From contig CAZAPH010000002.1 in the NCBI GenBank assembly GCA_964487105.1, positions 9,125 through 73,124 on the forward strand: DNA of 64,000 nt, in the 5' to 3' direction. Positions within the stretch are counted from its first letter, which is position 1, and each line of letters starts with the position of its first letter. Below, in pieces: positions 12,212-21,568 of the stretch. The stretch comes from an uncultured Akkermansia sp. GTDB lineage: Bacteria > Bacteroidota > Bacteroidia > B-17B0 > Aurantibacillaceae. Made by a program: the position numbers and the translations under genes. A model generated the notes under the pieces. That model was not told the origin of the DNA, searched no databases, and was given only the letters and a program-made list of their open reading frames with translations.

Positions 12212-12892
12212 ATGAGTTTTATTAACGATTTTATGTCATTAATATTTCCAAGAAATTGTGAGGCTTGTTTAGGAATATTGTATAAGCACGAGCAGTTTAT
12301 GTGTAATAGTTGCCGTTATTCACTATCAAGTAATACTGCTCTTTATAAAAACAAAATAAATTTAATTTTTGCCGGACGCGTACCTGTTAATAACACCTGT
12401 TGTTTGTTTGTGTTTTTAAAAGATGGTAAGGTTCAAAAACTGTTGCATTCAATTAAATATCAACAGCAAAAAGAGCTTGCTGAATTTATAGGAAAATTAT
12501 TTGCTAAAAACTTTAAAAACGAACTTAAAGAAATTGATAGTATTATTCCAATTCCTTTGCACACAAAAAAGTTAAAACTTCGTGGTTTTAACCAAAGCGA
12601 AATGTTTGCCAAAGGTATTAGTAATGAAACTAAACTCCCTTTAAATACTAATAACTTAATTCGAGAAAAACACACAAGCACTCAAACAAAAAAAAGAAAA
12701 TATGAGCGTTGGCAAAATGTAGACGGTGTGTTTACTTTATTAAACCCAAATGAATTAAAAAACAAACACATATTATTGGTTGATGATGTTATTACAACTG
12801 GAGCTACTATAGAAGCGGCTTGGAATTATTTAAAAGACATTGAAGGGTTAAAAATAACAATAGGAAGTATAGCTTATGCAGCAAAAACTTAA
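12212..12892 (+). CDS. comF: ComF family phosphoribosyltransferase
   Basis: N-terminal CxxC pair, RGFNQS and ILLVDDVITTGAT. Confidence 0.9.
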   Translation: MSFINDFMSLIFPRNCEACLGILYKHEQFMCNSCRYSLSSNTALYKNKINLIFAGRVPVNNTCCLFVFLKDGKVQKLLHSIKYQQQKELAEFIGKLFAKNFKNELKEIDSIIPIPLHTKKLKLRGFNQSEMFAKGISNETKLPLNTNNLIREKHTSTQTKKRKYERWQNVDGVFTLLNPNELKNKHILLVDDVITTGATIEAAWNYLKDIEGLKITIGSIAYAAKT

Positions 12893-12906
12893 CCCTCAGG
12901 GGGCTA

Positions 12907-12990
12907 TTTAATGAACTGTGTCAGGTCGAGCGGAGTCGAGACTCAATACACCTTCTTCGTCGGCACTCGAAGTGACTGGCGTTCATTAAA
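12907..12990. repeat. Intergenic REP-like palindromic element
   Basis: TTTAATGAAC/GTTCATTAAA terminal inverted repeat plus inner GTCA..TCGAG/CTCGA..TGAC arms. Confidence 0.7.
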
Positions 12991-13046
12991 CGCAAACGCC
13001 GATAATTGTAACCCCGCTAAAGCTGGATTCATTTATCTGGCGTTCA

Positions 13047-13570
13047 CTAAATGCGAACGCCGATAATTGTAACATCATCTACCTGCTCCATATCACCTAT
13101 CCAGTTGGTAAATGTTTTTTCTAATAATTTTTTTTGTTGGTGCATTGGTAAATGAGCATTGTTTGCTAAGAGTTCTCTTAAGTTTTTGCTCATAAATTTT
13201 TTACCTTTTTCGCCACCAAATTGGTCAGGAAATCCATCAGTTAAGGTATAAACTACATCGCCTTTTTGGAGTTGAACTTCATGTAGTGTAAATGGTATTT
13301 GATCTTTATCGTGTTTACCAACTGGCATTTTATCGGGTTTTATTTCTATTACTTCAGGAGCGTCATTACGAGTATCCGTAGGAAGCGAAGTAATCTCATT
13401 TGGATGTTGAGATTGCTTCGTCCTATCGTCCTCGCAATGACGAGATCGTACAATCCACACAGGATTATTGGCTGCTGCTATAAATAATTTCATGTTTTTA
13501 AAATCGTATAAACACAAGCTGCAATCCATACCGTCTTTACCGCCCTCGGCACTACCATCTTTTTTTAATC
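13047..13570 (-). pseudogene. 5'-truncated SpoIIE/PP2C-type phosphatase (C-terminal half only)
   Basis: KDGMDCSLC, AAANNPVW, TDGFPDQFGG and QVDDVTIIG are present; the VSGDFY/ADCTGHG half found in the paralog at 48946-51087 is absent. Confidence 0.8.
13361..13442. repeat. 82-bp palindromic element inserted in frame in the phosphatase
   Basis: CGTCATTACGAG...CGAAGTAATCTC-loop-GAGATTGCTTCG...CTCGCAATGACG. Confidence 0.85.
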
Positions 13571-13796
13571 CAAATTAAAAATTTATAATGAGAATTAATA
13601 ACTCAACAAAACATGAACTTTTTAGGGCGGGACATAATCGCCTTAACGATAGTAAATGAGCTAAAATTGCGAAGTTTTAAATTTAGAAGAGATTTTGGTT
13701 CGTAATAGAATATCTAATGTAAAACCTGAGCCGAAGTCTATTTAAAAAATAAAATGTTTTTGAGAGATGGGTAATTTATCTCAATCCTAATCTTTT

Positions 13797-14684
13797 TTAA
13801 TTTGTGTTTTTAAACACATAAACAACGCTAGAATAGTTTTTGGTGGTCTTTGCCTTTAGGTTAGATTTTAAACCCGTAAAAAAGGCTTTAAAATAGTTTA
13901 TTTTGCCTGTTTTATATTTTTCGCTAAGCATGCTTACATAAAAACTATCAAATTTCATTGGTAAAGTTTCTATTAGTGAAAAGCCAAATGGCTTAACAAG
14001 GTTTTGTATAGAGTTTATATCAAAATGGTATAAATGACGAGGCACATCATAAGCTGCCCAATGTTCATTATAATAATTGGCATCATAACTTTTATAATTG
14101 GGAAGGGCGATTATTAAAACTCCATTTTTATCAAGGTTGTTTTTAAAAAATGCCAGGGTATCTTCTAAATCCGTTACATGCTCTAAAACATGCCATAAAG
14201 TAATTATATTAAACTTTGTGTTGTTGGTATAGGTGATTACTCTGTTTTTGTCTGAAAACACGTTTAAGCCCATTTCTGTGGCAAATTTTGCGGCTCCAGC
14301 ATCTGGTTCCAATCCACAAACTTTCCAGCCGTTTTGTTTACAAACATTTAAAAACATGCCTGTGCCACAACCATAATCCAATAAAGTTCCACGTGAAACA
14401 TATTTATTAATTAATTTTAGCTTGTTTTTAAGGGTATAGTTTCTAATCGTTTTATATAACTTAGAAATTAATCCTTTACTTGTATTGCTGTGGGAAATAT
14501 AATCTTCGCTCAAATAATAACTGCCTAAATCCTCAACATTTGGTGTTGGGTTTGTAAACACAAATTTACAATTAGAACAAGTTACGATATTAAAATTTTC
14601 TTTACTTACGGTATAATCTTTACAGATTAAAAACGATGTAAAAGATTGGTTTTTACAAACCGGACAGTTGTTAATTTGATTCAT
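13797..14684 (-). CDS. Class I SAM-dependent methyltransferase with N-terminal Zn ribbon
   Basis: CxxC...CxxC, LLDYGCGTG and WHVLEH motifs. Confidence 0.9.
   Translation of the reverse strand: MNQINNCPVCKNQSFTSFLICKDYTVSKENFNIVTCSNCKFVFTNPTPNVEDLGSYYLSEDYISHSNTSKGLISKLYKTIRNYTLKNKLKLINKYVSRGTLLDYGCGTGMFLNVCKQNGWKVCGLEPDAGAAKFATEMGLNVFSDKNRVITYTNNTKFNIITLWHVLEHVTDLEDTLAFFKNNLDKNGVLIIALPNYKSYDANYYNEHWAAYDVPRHLYHFDINSIQNLVKPFGFSLIETLPMKFDSFYVSMLSEKYKTGKINYFKAFFTGLKSNLKAKTTKNYSSVVYVFKNTN
14385..14400. promoter_or_regulatory. parS site
   Basis: AGTTCCACGTGAAACA versus consensus TGTTNCACGTGAAACA. Confidence 0.85.
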
Positions 14685-14690
14685 AGTTGT

Positions 14691-15236
14691 TTAAATTGTT
14701 TCACGTGGAACAAAATTTGTTTTTAATAAAGAATATGCTTCTGTATCCATAAAAGAGTTTTTATAAAAATAATCTTGTTTAAAATAGGCTTCTTTTATAA
14801 AGCCAAACTTTAATAAAAGCTGTTTTGAGGCTGAGTTTTTAGGATTAATTCTTGCTTCAATAGAATGAAGGTTTAGTGTTACAAAAGCATATTCTAATAA
14901 GTGGGGAAGTAAATTAGTCATGTGTCCATTTTTACGATAATCCTTAAACAAAACATAGCCAATTTCTGCTCTGTAATTTTTATAATCTACCTTTAAACCA
15001 AAGTTTCCTATTATAGTAGAGTTATAGTTAATTAACCACCACAAACTATTTGGTTTAGCGCTGTTTGGAAACATATTGGACAATAATTTGTAAACAACCT
15101 CATCGCTCTCTGGTTCTTGATCAAGATCAGACATAATTTCTGGACTTTGTCTAAACATTGCTAAAATTTTAAAATCTTCGCTTTGTATTAAATCAAAAGT
15201 ATAATTTAGGTGGGGTTTTAAAAAATACTGTTTCAC
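14691..15236 (-). CDS. GNAT acetyltransferase, RimJ/RimL family
   Basis: AEIGY, LHSIEARINPKNSAS..LL.KFGF.KE motifs. Confidence 0.88.
   Translation of the reverse strand: MKQYFLKPHLNYTFDLIQSEDFKILAMFRQSPEIMSDLDQEPESDEVVYKLLSNMFPNSAKPNSLWWLINYNSTIIGNFGLKVDYKNYRAEIGYVLFKDYRKNGHMTNLLPHLLEYAFVTLNLHSIEARINPKNSASKQLLLKFGFIKEAYFKQDYFYKNSFMDTEAYSLLKTNFVPRETI
14697..14712. promoter_or_regulatory. parS site
   Basis: TGTTTCACGTGGAACA, a full consensus match. Confidence 0.9.
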
Positions 15237-15244
15237 GTGGAACG
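15229..15244. promoter_or_regulatory. parS site
   Basis: TGTTTCACGTGGAACG, one mismatch to consensus. Confidence 0.85.
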
Positions 15245-16474
15245 TTTTTTAAAATAATAAAACATATAAATTATAACTCCGATTAAAAAGCCACAAAACA
15301 ATACAAGAACAATTTCTAAAGTTGTAAAATTAGTTTTTACTACAGTATTTAAATTTGTTTCAGGTTTAAAAGTATTTAGTTCTTGGGTGTTAGATGAGTC
15401 TAATCCATTTTTAAAATCATTTAAAACAATGGTTTTGGCTTTATGGAGTTTCACGGATTCATCGTAATAATTTTTTAAGGCTAAATACGCTTCTTTATAA
15501 TTGTTTAAAGCAAAATACGTTGAACTTAAACTAAAATAACAATCAATTATTTGGTTTTTGTTATTTATGCCTTTGGCAATTTTAAGTGCATTTAAAAATT
15601 TTTGTTGTGCTAATTCGGGTTTATTTTGATGTAAATAACAAGCCCCTAGTGCAATTAAAGCCATGGCTTGGCCATGTACATCTAACTGTTCATTATATAT
15701 GGTTAATGCTTTATTAATGTAAAAAGCACTGGAATCAAAAATTTTTTCTCTATCATAAAAAATTCCTAAATTATTATAAGCGTTAGCTAAATTTAGTTTA
15801 TTGTTAAACCTATTATAAATTAAAATAGCTTGTTTAATGTAATAAAAAGCAGAATCCTTTTTATTTTCTATATAATAAATAGAAGCAAAAGCATTATATC
15901 CTTTTGCAATACCTATAGAATCGCCCAACTTAACTCTAGTAAAAAAGGCTTTTTGCATAAATTTGGTACCATTTAAAGTATCTTTTAAGCTATAATAAAG
16001 GTTAGATAAGTTGTTATACACAACACCTAAAGCTTCATGATTTTTATTTTTAGAGGCAAGTGCAATACATTTTTCGTAATATTTTAATGCTAAATTATAA
16101 TTACCGGTATTATAATATAAAAAAGCAATGTTGTTTAATGTATTAATTTCTTCTTTAATATTATTTATATCTAGCAGTAAATCAAGTGATTGGAAATAAT
16201 AAAGTAGGGCAGAGTCTGGTTTTGACTTATTACTTAAATAAAAACCATAGTTGTTTAACGCCACAGATTCTGAAGATTTAAAAAAATAAAATTGTTTTTG
16301 TAATTTGGAGGTGGTTGAAGAAATAGTTTTAAGTTTATTATTATAAATTATCCAAACTTCTGGGTTGTCTTCATTTTCAATTTCATTAATTAAAAAAACA
16401 CATTTTAAACTATCATCTTTAATAGTTTCTAATTTTTTTAAAACGTTGTTTTGAGCATTTATAAAAAACGCCAA
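15233..16474 (-). CDS. TPR-repeat protein with C-terminal TM anchor (start uncertain)
   Basis: Multiple NNLG/YNN TPR units and a C-terminal hydrophobic helix. Confidence 0.8.
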   Translation of the reverse strand: MAFFINAQNNVLKKLETIKDDSLKCVFLINEIENEDNPEVWIIYNNKLKTISSTTSKLQKQFYFFKSSESVALNNYGFYLSNKSKPDSALLYYFQSLDLLLDINNIKEEINTLNNIAFLYYNTGNYNLALKYYEKCIALASKNKNHEALGVVYNNLSNLYYSLKDTLNGTKFMQKAFFTRVKLGDSIGIAKGYNAFASIYYIENKKDSAFYYIKQAILIYNRFNNKLNLANAYNNLGIFYDREKIFDSSAFYINKALTIYNEQLDVHGQAMALIALGACYLHQNKPELAQQKFLNALKIAKGINNKNQIIDCYFSLSSTYFALNNYKEAYLALKNYYDESVKLHKAKTIVLNDFKNGLDSSNTQELNTFKPETNLNTVVKTNFTTLEIVLVLFCGFLIGVIIYMFYYFKKRST

Positions 16475-16631
16475 AAAACAAAAAATATACGTTAACCTAT
16501 TTATAAAACAAATTTATGTTTTGCTCTGTTATACTCTTAAAATCAAAGTAAATCTTATTAAGAGTTAAAAGTTAATAATAATGAATTTGTGGTATTAAAT
16601 TGGATTTAAAATTTAATTTACTTTAAGTTGT

Positions 16632-18734
16632 ATGAAAAACAAATTAATTGTATTTGTTGTAGTTAGTTTAATTTCTAAACTATACGCACAAGAAATTGAT
16701 GTAAGTAGTTGGCCGCGTGCTCAACAAAAATATTTTGAAAGTGCAAATGTTTTTTATGAAGAAAAATTATATCCTTTTGCTTATGAGCGCTACGACTCTT
16801 TATTAAAGCTACATCCAAACGATTTATATTTAAAATATTTAACGGGTATTTGTGCAATATATGTTTCGGATAAACACAAAGTAGCAGAAACCTATTTAAA
16901 CACTGTTAAAGAAAGAAATAAAAAGGCTGCCGATTTAGATTATTATTTTGCCATTTTATATCATAAAACTTACCAGTTCGAAAAATCTAAAAATTTAATT
17001 GCAACACTATTATCAAACAACAAACTAAAAAATGAGCAAATTAAAATATTAAAACAAACGGATAATTATAACGATAATGCGCTTGCTTTAGTAAATAATC
17101 CCATAAAAGTAAATATTCAAAACCTTGGTGAGCCACTAAACTCAAAACACGCAGAATATTCGCCTGTAATAACAGCTGATGAGGAAAACATGTTAATTAC
17201 CTATAGGGGTATAAAGAGTATTGGTGGATTAAGAGATTTATATGGTAAACAAAACGCGTTAGGAATTTATTTTGAGGATATTTTAATTTCTCAAAAAAAA
17301 GAAAACAAGTGGACAGAACCACGAACATTACAAAATATTAATACCGAATCTAACGATGCTGTTATAGCTATTAGTAACGATGGTCAAAAATTATTTGTGT
17401 TCAGATCTAATATTGAAGATGGTGGAGATATTTACGAGTGTAAATTAAATGGTACTGAATTTTCTGAACCTGAAAAAATAAAAGGAGAAATAAACACTAA
17501 AAGTTGGGAAGGCAGTGTTAGTTTATCCGCAAACCAACGCAAATTAATTTTTGCAAGCGAAAAGCCGGGTGGGTTTGGTGGTAAAGATTTATACGAGGCT
17601 ACGCTATTAGACGACGGCACATGGGGCAAAGTAAAAAATTTAGGTAAAACCATAAATACAGAACAAGATGAAGATGCGCCCTTTTTACACCCCGACGGAA
17701 GAACCTTAGTGTTTAGTTCTATGGGACATAACAGTATGGGTGGATTCGATATATTTATGTCTGATATAGATGATATTGACAGTACTTGGAAAACACCAAC
17801 AAACTTGGGGTACCCAGTAAACACAACTGATGATGACATCTATTATGTTTTATCAGCCGATGGAAAGCGTGGCTATTACGCGAGTGCAAGAGAGGGTGGA
17901 GTAGGGGATAAAGATATTTATGTTGTAGAGCCGGCTATTACTTCTAAAAAATCAATATTAACAGTAATAAAAGGTAAATTAACTGAAAACCTAAAACCTT
18001 ATGAAGGAAAAATTCAAGTTTTTTTAGAAAACAACAAAGTGTATGGTGAATTTAGTTCAAACTCTTCGTCAGGAAATTATTTAATAAGCGTACCATCGGG
18101 CTACAATTATAAAATAAATTATTATCATCCGGTTTTAGGAGATAGAATATACGAGGTAAAAACCAATAAAATAGATGGATACGCAGAAAAATTAATTAAC
18201 ATCAATTTTGGAGATGCAGATACAATTCCAAAAATTAAAACGGTTGAAGTAACGCCTGCTGATTCAATTAAAATAAAACTTGAACCTGGTATGTTTGAAA
18301 AAACATCATCGGGTAATACAGTAGCAAATAGTACTACAACAGAAAATACAACAAGCCTTGTAGAGAACAAAAACACAGCAACCAATAGTGCAAACCCACA
18401 AACCGATAGGCAAAAACTTATGGAACAATATGGTAAAAAAGCTTCGCCGGGTTTATTATATTCTGTACAGGTTGGGGCTTATAGAAAACCACAAAATTTT
18501 AATAACAGTAATCTAAATTCTTTAGGCGGAAGCAAACAAACTGAAATAATAATGGGCGATATACAATTAATTGTTGTAAACAAAACGTTTACAACTTGGT
18601 TTGAAGCTGATGACTATTTAACAAAAGTAAAAAATGTAGGTTATACAGATGCCTTTATAACAGCCAGCCATAACGGTAAACGAATGTATTTAAAAGATTT
18701 AGTTTTTGAAAAAATAGTAAATAACGTTAATTAA
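16632..18734 (+). CDS. Secreted TPR + PD40 beta-propeller protein with SPOR-like C-terminus
   Basis: Signal peptide, TPRs, PD40 repeats (NLG..INT..DE.AP) and C-terminal YSVQVGAY...GYTDAFI. Confidence 0.8.
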   Translation: MKNKLIVFVVVSLISKLYAQEIDVSSWPRAQQKYFESANVFYEEKLYPFAYERYDSLLKLHPNDLYLKYLTGICAIYVSDKHKVAETYLNTVKERNKKAADLDYYFAILYHKTYQFEKSKNLIATLLSNNKLKNEQIKILKQTDNYNDNALALVNNPIKVNIQNLGEPLNSKHAEYSPVITADEENMLITYRGIKSIGGLRDLYGKQNALGIYFEDILISQKKENKWTEPRTLQNINTESNDAVIAISNDGQKLFVFRSNIEDGGDIYECKLNGTEFSEPEKIKGEINTKSWEGSVSLSANQRKLIFASEKPGGFGGKDLYEATLLDDGTWGKVKNLGKTINTEQDEDAPFLHPDGRTLVFSSMGHNSMGGFDIFMSDIDDIDSTWKTPTNLGYPVNTTDDDIYYVLSADGKRGYYASAREGGVGDKDIYVVEPAITSKKSILTVIKGKLTENLKPYEGKIQVFLENNKVYGEFSSNSSSGNYLISVPSGYNYKINYYHPVLGDRIYEVKTNKIDGYAEKLININFGDADTIPKIKTVEVTPADSIKIKLEPGMFEKTSSGNTVANSTTTENTTSLVENKNTATNSANPQTDRQKLMEQYGKKASPGLLYSVQVGAYRKPQNFNNSNLNSLGGSKQTEIIMGDIQLIVVNKTFTTWFEADDYLTKVKNVGYTDAFITASHNGKRMYLKDLVFEKIVNNVN

Positions 18735-18793
18735 TAAACCGTTAATTTTTTATTATATATAATTGAGTAAATTTACGGCTCATTTACTATGCG

Positions 18794-19681
18794 TTGCTAA
18801 TGTTAACAAAACTAAAAACATACAAATTCGGAATTTTTTCTTTTTTAATTGTTTTATTGTTTATGCCAATTGGCCACGCTTTAATGGTGTTAAACGAAAA
18901 ACTATTTGAACATTATAAATTTATTGGTGCTTTTACCATTGGTTTTATTGGATTAATTAGTTTAATAATTGGCATCACAAAAAACAAAAATCAATTTGCA
19001 GCTACCTTATTTGGTTTGTTAGCCGGTGTTTTAGTATGGACCGGTTGGGTAGAATTTTCGTTTGTTTGGATTGCAGAAAAACTTAACGTTGCGCCTTTAA
19101 TGGAAAACGGGGAAATTGCTACTAAGCCAGAATATTTAGTGATGATGTCTTCACTAGGTTTATTATTAACCTTTTTAGTGTTTTTTATTTTAAAGCAAAC
19201 TAATTGTCAATTTTTTATTTGGGTTCAAAACTTAATTGGTTTAAGAAAGTATATTAAACAAGAGGCAAATTCTAACAAACCATTTGCCATACTAACCTTT
19301 ATTGAAACAATAGTTATATTATGGACGTTTTATATTGTATTATTGTTGGTGTATGATAATGATATTGCTGGAGATAAACACCCGGCAACTTACTTTGTTG
19401 CATTTGGTTCTTTGTTTTGGTCGTTATATTTAACTTTAAAACTTATAAAAATTCAAAAGTTTGATTATGCGATAAGATATGCAGTACCTACAGTAATAAT
19501 TTTTTGGAATTTTATAGAAGTAATTGGCCGCTGGAATTTATTAAAAGAAATTTGGATACACCCTTTTGAACATTGGTTAGAAAACTTAATTATACTGGCC
19601 TTGTTAATTTTTTTTATTGGCTACTATATTGCTGAAATGTATATGAATAAATCTAAAAAAGTAATTAAATCTAATTTATAG
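18794..19681 (+). CDS. Multi-pass membrane hypothetical protein
   Basis: About eight hydrophobic segments. Confidence 0.7.
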   Translation: MLMLTKLKTYKFGIFSFLIVLLFMPIGHALMVLNEKLFEHYKFIGAFTIGFIGLISLIIGITKNKNQFAATLFGLLAGVLVWTGWVEFSFVWIAEKLNVAPLMENGEIATKPEYLVMMSSLGLLLTFLVFFILKQTNCQFFIWVQNLIGLRKYIKQEANSNKPFAILTFIETIVILWTFYIVLLLVYDNDIAGDKHPATYFVAFGSLFWSLYLTLKLIKIQKFDYAIRYAVPTVIIFWNFIEVIGRWNLLKEIWIHPFEHWLENLIILALLIFFIGYYIAEMYMNKSKKVIKSNL

Positions 19682-20561
19682 CCTCTAATCGTTTTTTAAA
19701 CGCATCGGTAGATTCTTTTTGTTTATTAATTTCTTTTAGTTTATCATTTAATTTTTCTTCGTTCTTTTTAATATCTTTTTCTTTATCTTTTATTTTATCG
19801 TTATAATTATCAATTTCTTTTTTTAGAGATCGTTTTTCTTTTTCTAAACTAGATAATTGGTCGGTAAGTTTTTCATATATTTTTTTTGAAGCTTTGGCTT
19901 GTTCCGCAACTGCGCCAGAACTGGCTTCAACTACTTTTTTTTGAACCTCAACTTCAGATTTCTTTTTAGAAATTTCTCCTTCGTTAGAGGTTAGTAACGT
20001 TTCGTTTTTAGCTATTTTAGCTTTATAATCAACAATGTCGTTTTTTAAGGATTCTCTTTTCTTTTCAATACTTTTTTGATCGCTTTCTAAACTGTTAAGT
20101 TTTTTTTCATTCGTTTTTACTAGTTCAATAAGCGGCGTTTTAGTTTGTGTAAGGGCAAAATCTTTAATTATTTTTTCAAAATAACTGTATTTATCTTTAT
20201 CTACACTACTACTTAAATAGGTTCCGCCTAAATCAATAGCTGTAGCCATTTTTACGGTTTTGTCTTTTTTATTAGCAATAAAAGTTGTGTAAACATCAAC
20301 CGTATTATTTCCCCATTCTTTTATTAATAGGTTATCGGCAAACAACTCACCTTTACTATCTTTTACTGTTTCGTTTTTATAATTTTTAAGTGTTTTTTTC
20401 CATGCATTTAATACATCGTCTAATGTGTTTTCGTAAACTGTAGTTACAATAGCGTTTTGTGAACCTGTAGAAAAGTTTTCTTTGTTTTCGGTAACGTTAA
20501 TGATTTGTGCGTTAACACAAAAAGAAACTATTAAAAAAGTTGTAAATATAATTTTTTTCAT
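19671..20561 (-). CDS. Secreted coiled-coil hypothetical protein
   Basis: MKKIIF signal peptide and long K/E heptads. Confidence 0.7.
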   Translation of the reverse strand: MKKIIFTTFLIVSFCVNAQIINVTENKENFSTGSQNAIVTTVYENTLDDVLNAWKKTLKNYKNETVKDSKGELFADNLLIKEWGNNTVDVYTTFIANKKDKTVKMATAIDLGGTYLSSSVDKDKYSYFEKIIKDFALTQTKTPLIELVKTNEKKLNSLESDQKSIEKKRESLKNDIVDYKAKIAKNETLLTSNEGEISKKKSEVEVQKKVVEASSGAVAEQAKASKKIYEKLTDQLSSLEKEKRSLKKEIDNYNDKIKDKEKDIKKNEEKLNDKLKEINKQKESTDAFKKRLEAIN

Positions 20562-20563
20562 AA

Positions 20564-20800
20564 TTAATCTAAATCCCAAACGCTTGGGCGTTTTTTTTGA
20601 TAAAAAGGTTTAAAGTAGTTTTTGTGTTCAAGAAAAAAAGCTAAAATAAAGTAAACAATAATTGGGCTACCAAAGGTAAAAAACGATAAATAAATAAAAT
20701 ATAATCTTACGGTTGTGCTTTTAATGCCTAGTTTTTTTCCGAGCCAATCACAAACACCAAAGGCCTTATGTTCAAACCAAAAAATTATTTTTTTTATCAT
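20564..20800 (-). CDS. PspC domain protein
   Basis: FGVC.WLG..LGI...VRLYFIY motif. Confidence 0.85.
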   Translation of the reverse strand: MIKKIIFWFEHKAFGVCDWLGKKLGIKSTTVRLYFIYLSFFTFGSPIIVYFILAFFLEHKNYFKPFYQKKRPSVWDLD

Positions 20801-20803
20801 TAA

Positions 20804-21562
20804 TTATAATAAATTTAGTTTCTTCATTAATTCATCTCTATAGCTACCACCAACGGGAATAGTTTTTTTATCATTTTCTAAAACTACATTTTGTGAATCA
20901 ATGCTTGCAATTTTATCTAGCCTAGCAATGTATGATCTGTGAACGCGTGCAAACTCGATATTGCCAAGTTTTTTTTCTATTTCTTTCATTGTACTATGAA
21001 TTGTGTAACGCGCATATTGTGTGTTAATAATTACATAGTCTTTTAATGCTTCAACAAAATAAATATCTTTTAATAAAACCTTTACCAATCTACTGTTAGC
21101 CTTTACAAATAAAATATCTTTGTTGCTTTCTTCTTTACTTTCTACAAGCGAATATAAAAAATCACGTTCTTTTTGTAATTCAGAATCTTTTTGGTGCTTA
21201 TAATAGGCCATTTCGATAGTTGAGTGTAAATCAACTTCTTTAAATGGTTTTAAAATATAACCGTAAGGCTCGGTAATTTTGGCTTTTGCAAGGGTTCCTT
21301 CATCAGCATAAGCAGTTAAAAATATTATAGGTACGTTTATCTGTTCTTTTATTTTTTCGCTAACATCTATACCTGTTAAATCTCCCTTAATCATAATGTC
21401 CATTAGCAACAGGTCGGGTTTAAGTTCTAAAATTTTTTCAATTGCGTCTTTTCCATTATTTGCAATACCTACAACATTATATCCTAATTTTATTAAGCTA
21501 TTTTGTATATCTTTTGCAACAATGCTTTCGTCTTCAACAATAAAAATATTTAATTTTTCCAT
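20804..21562 (-). CDS. Response regulator, REC-LytTR
   Basis: IVEDE, LMDI, FLTA and KPF receiver motifs; FARVHRSYI LytTR motif. Confidence 0.93.
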   Translation of the reverse strand: MEKLNIFIVEDESIVAKDIQNSLIKLGYNVVGIANNGKDAIEKILELKPDLLLMDIMIKGDLTGIDVSEKIKEQINVPIIFLTAYADEGTLAKAKITEPYGYILKPFKEVDLHSTIEMAYYKHQKDSELQKERDFLYSLVESKEESNKDILFVKANSRLVKVLLKDIYFVEALKDYVIINTQYARYTIHSTMKEIEKKLGNIEFARVHRSYIARLDKIASIDSQNVVLENDKKTIPVGGSYRDELMKKLNLL

Positions 21563-21568
21563 AGTTTA

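Noticed and set aside
12976..13073. Near-identical repeat at a gene 3' end as a DGR TR/VR pair
   Set aside because: It is only 37 bp, no reverse transcriptase is present in the window, and the three differences are not consistently adenine-specific in one copy.
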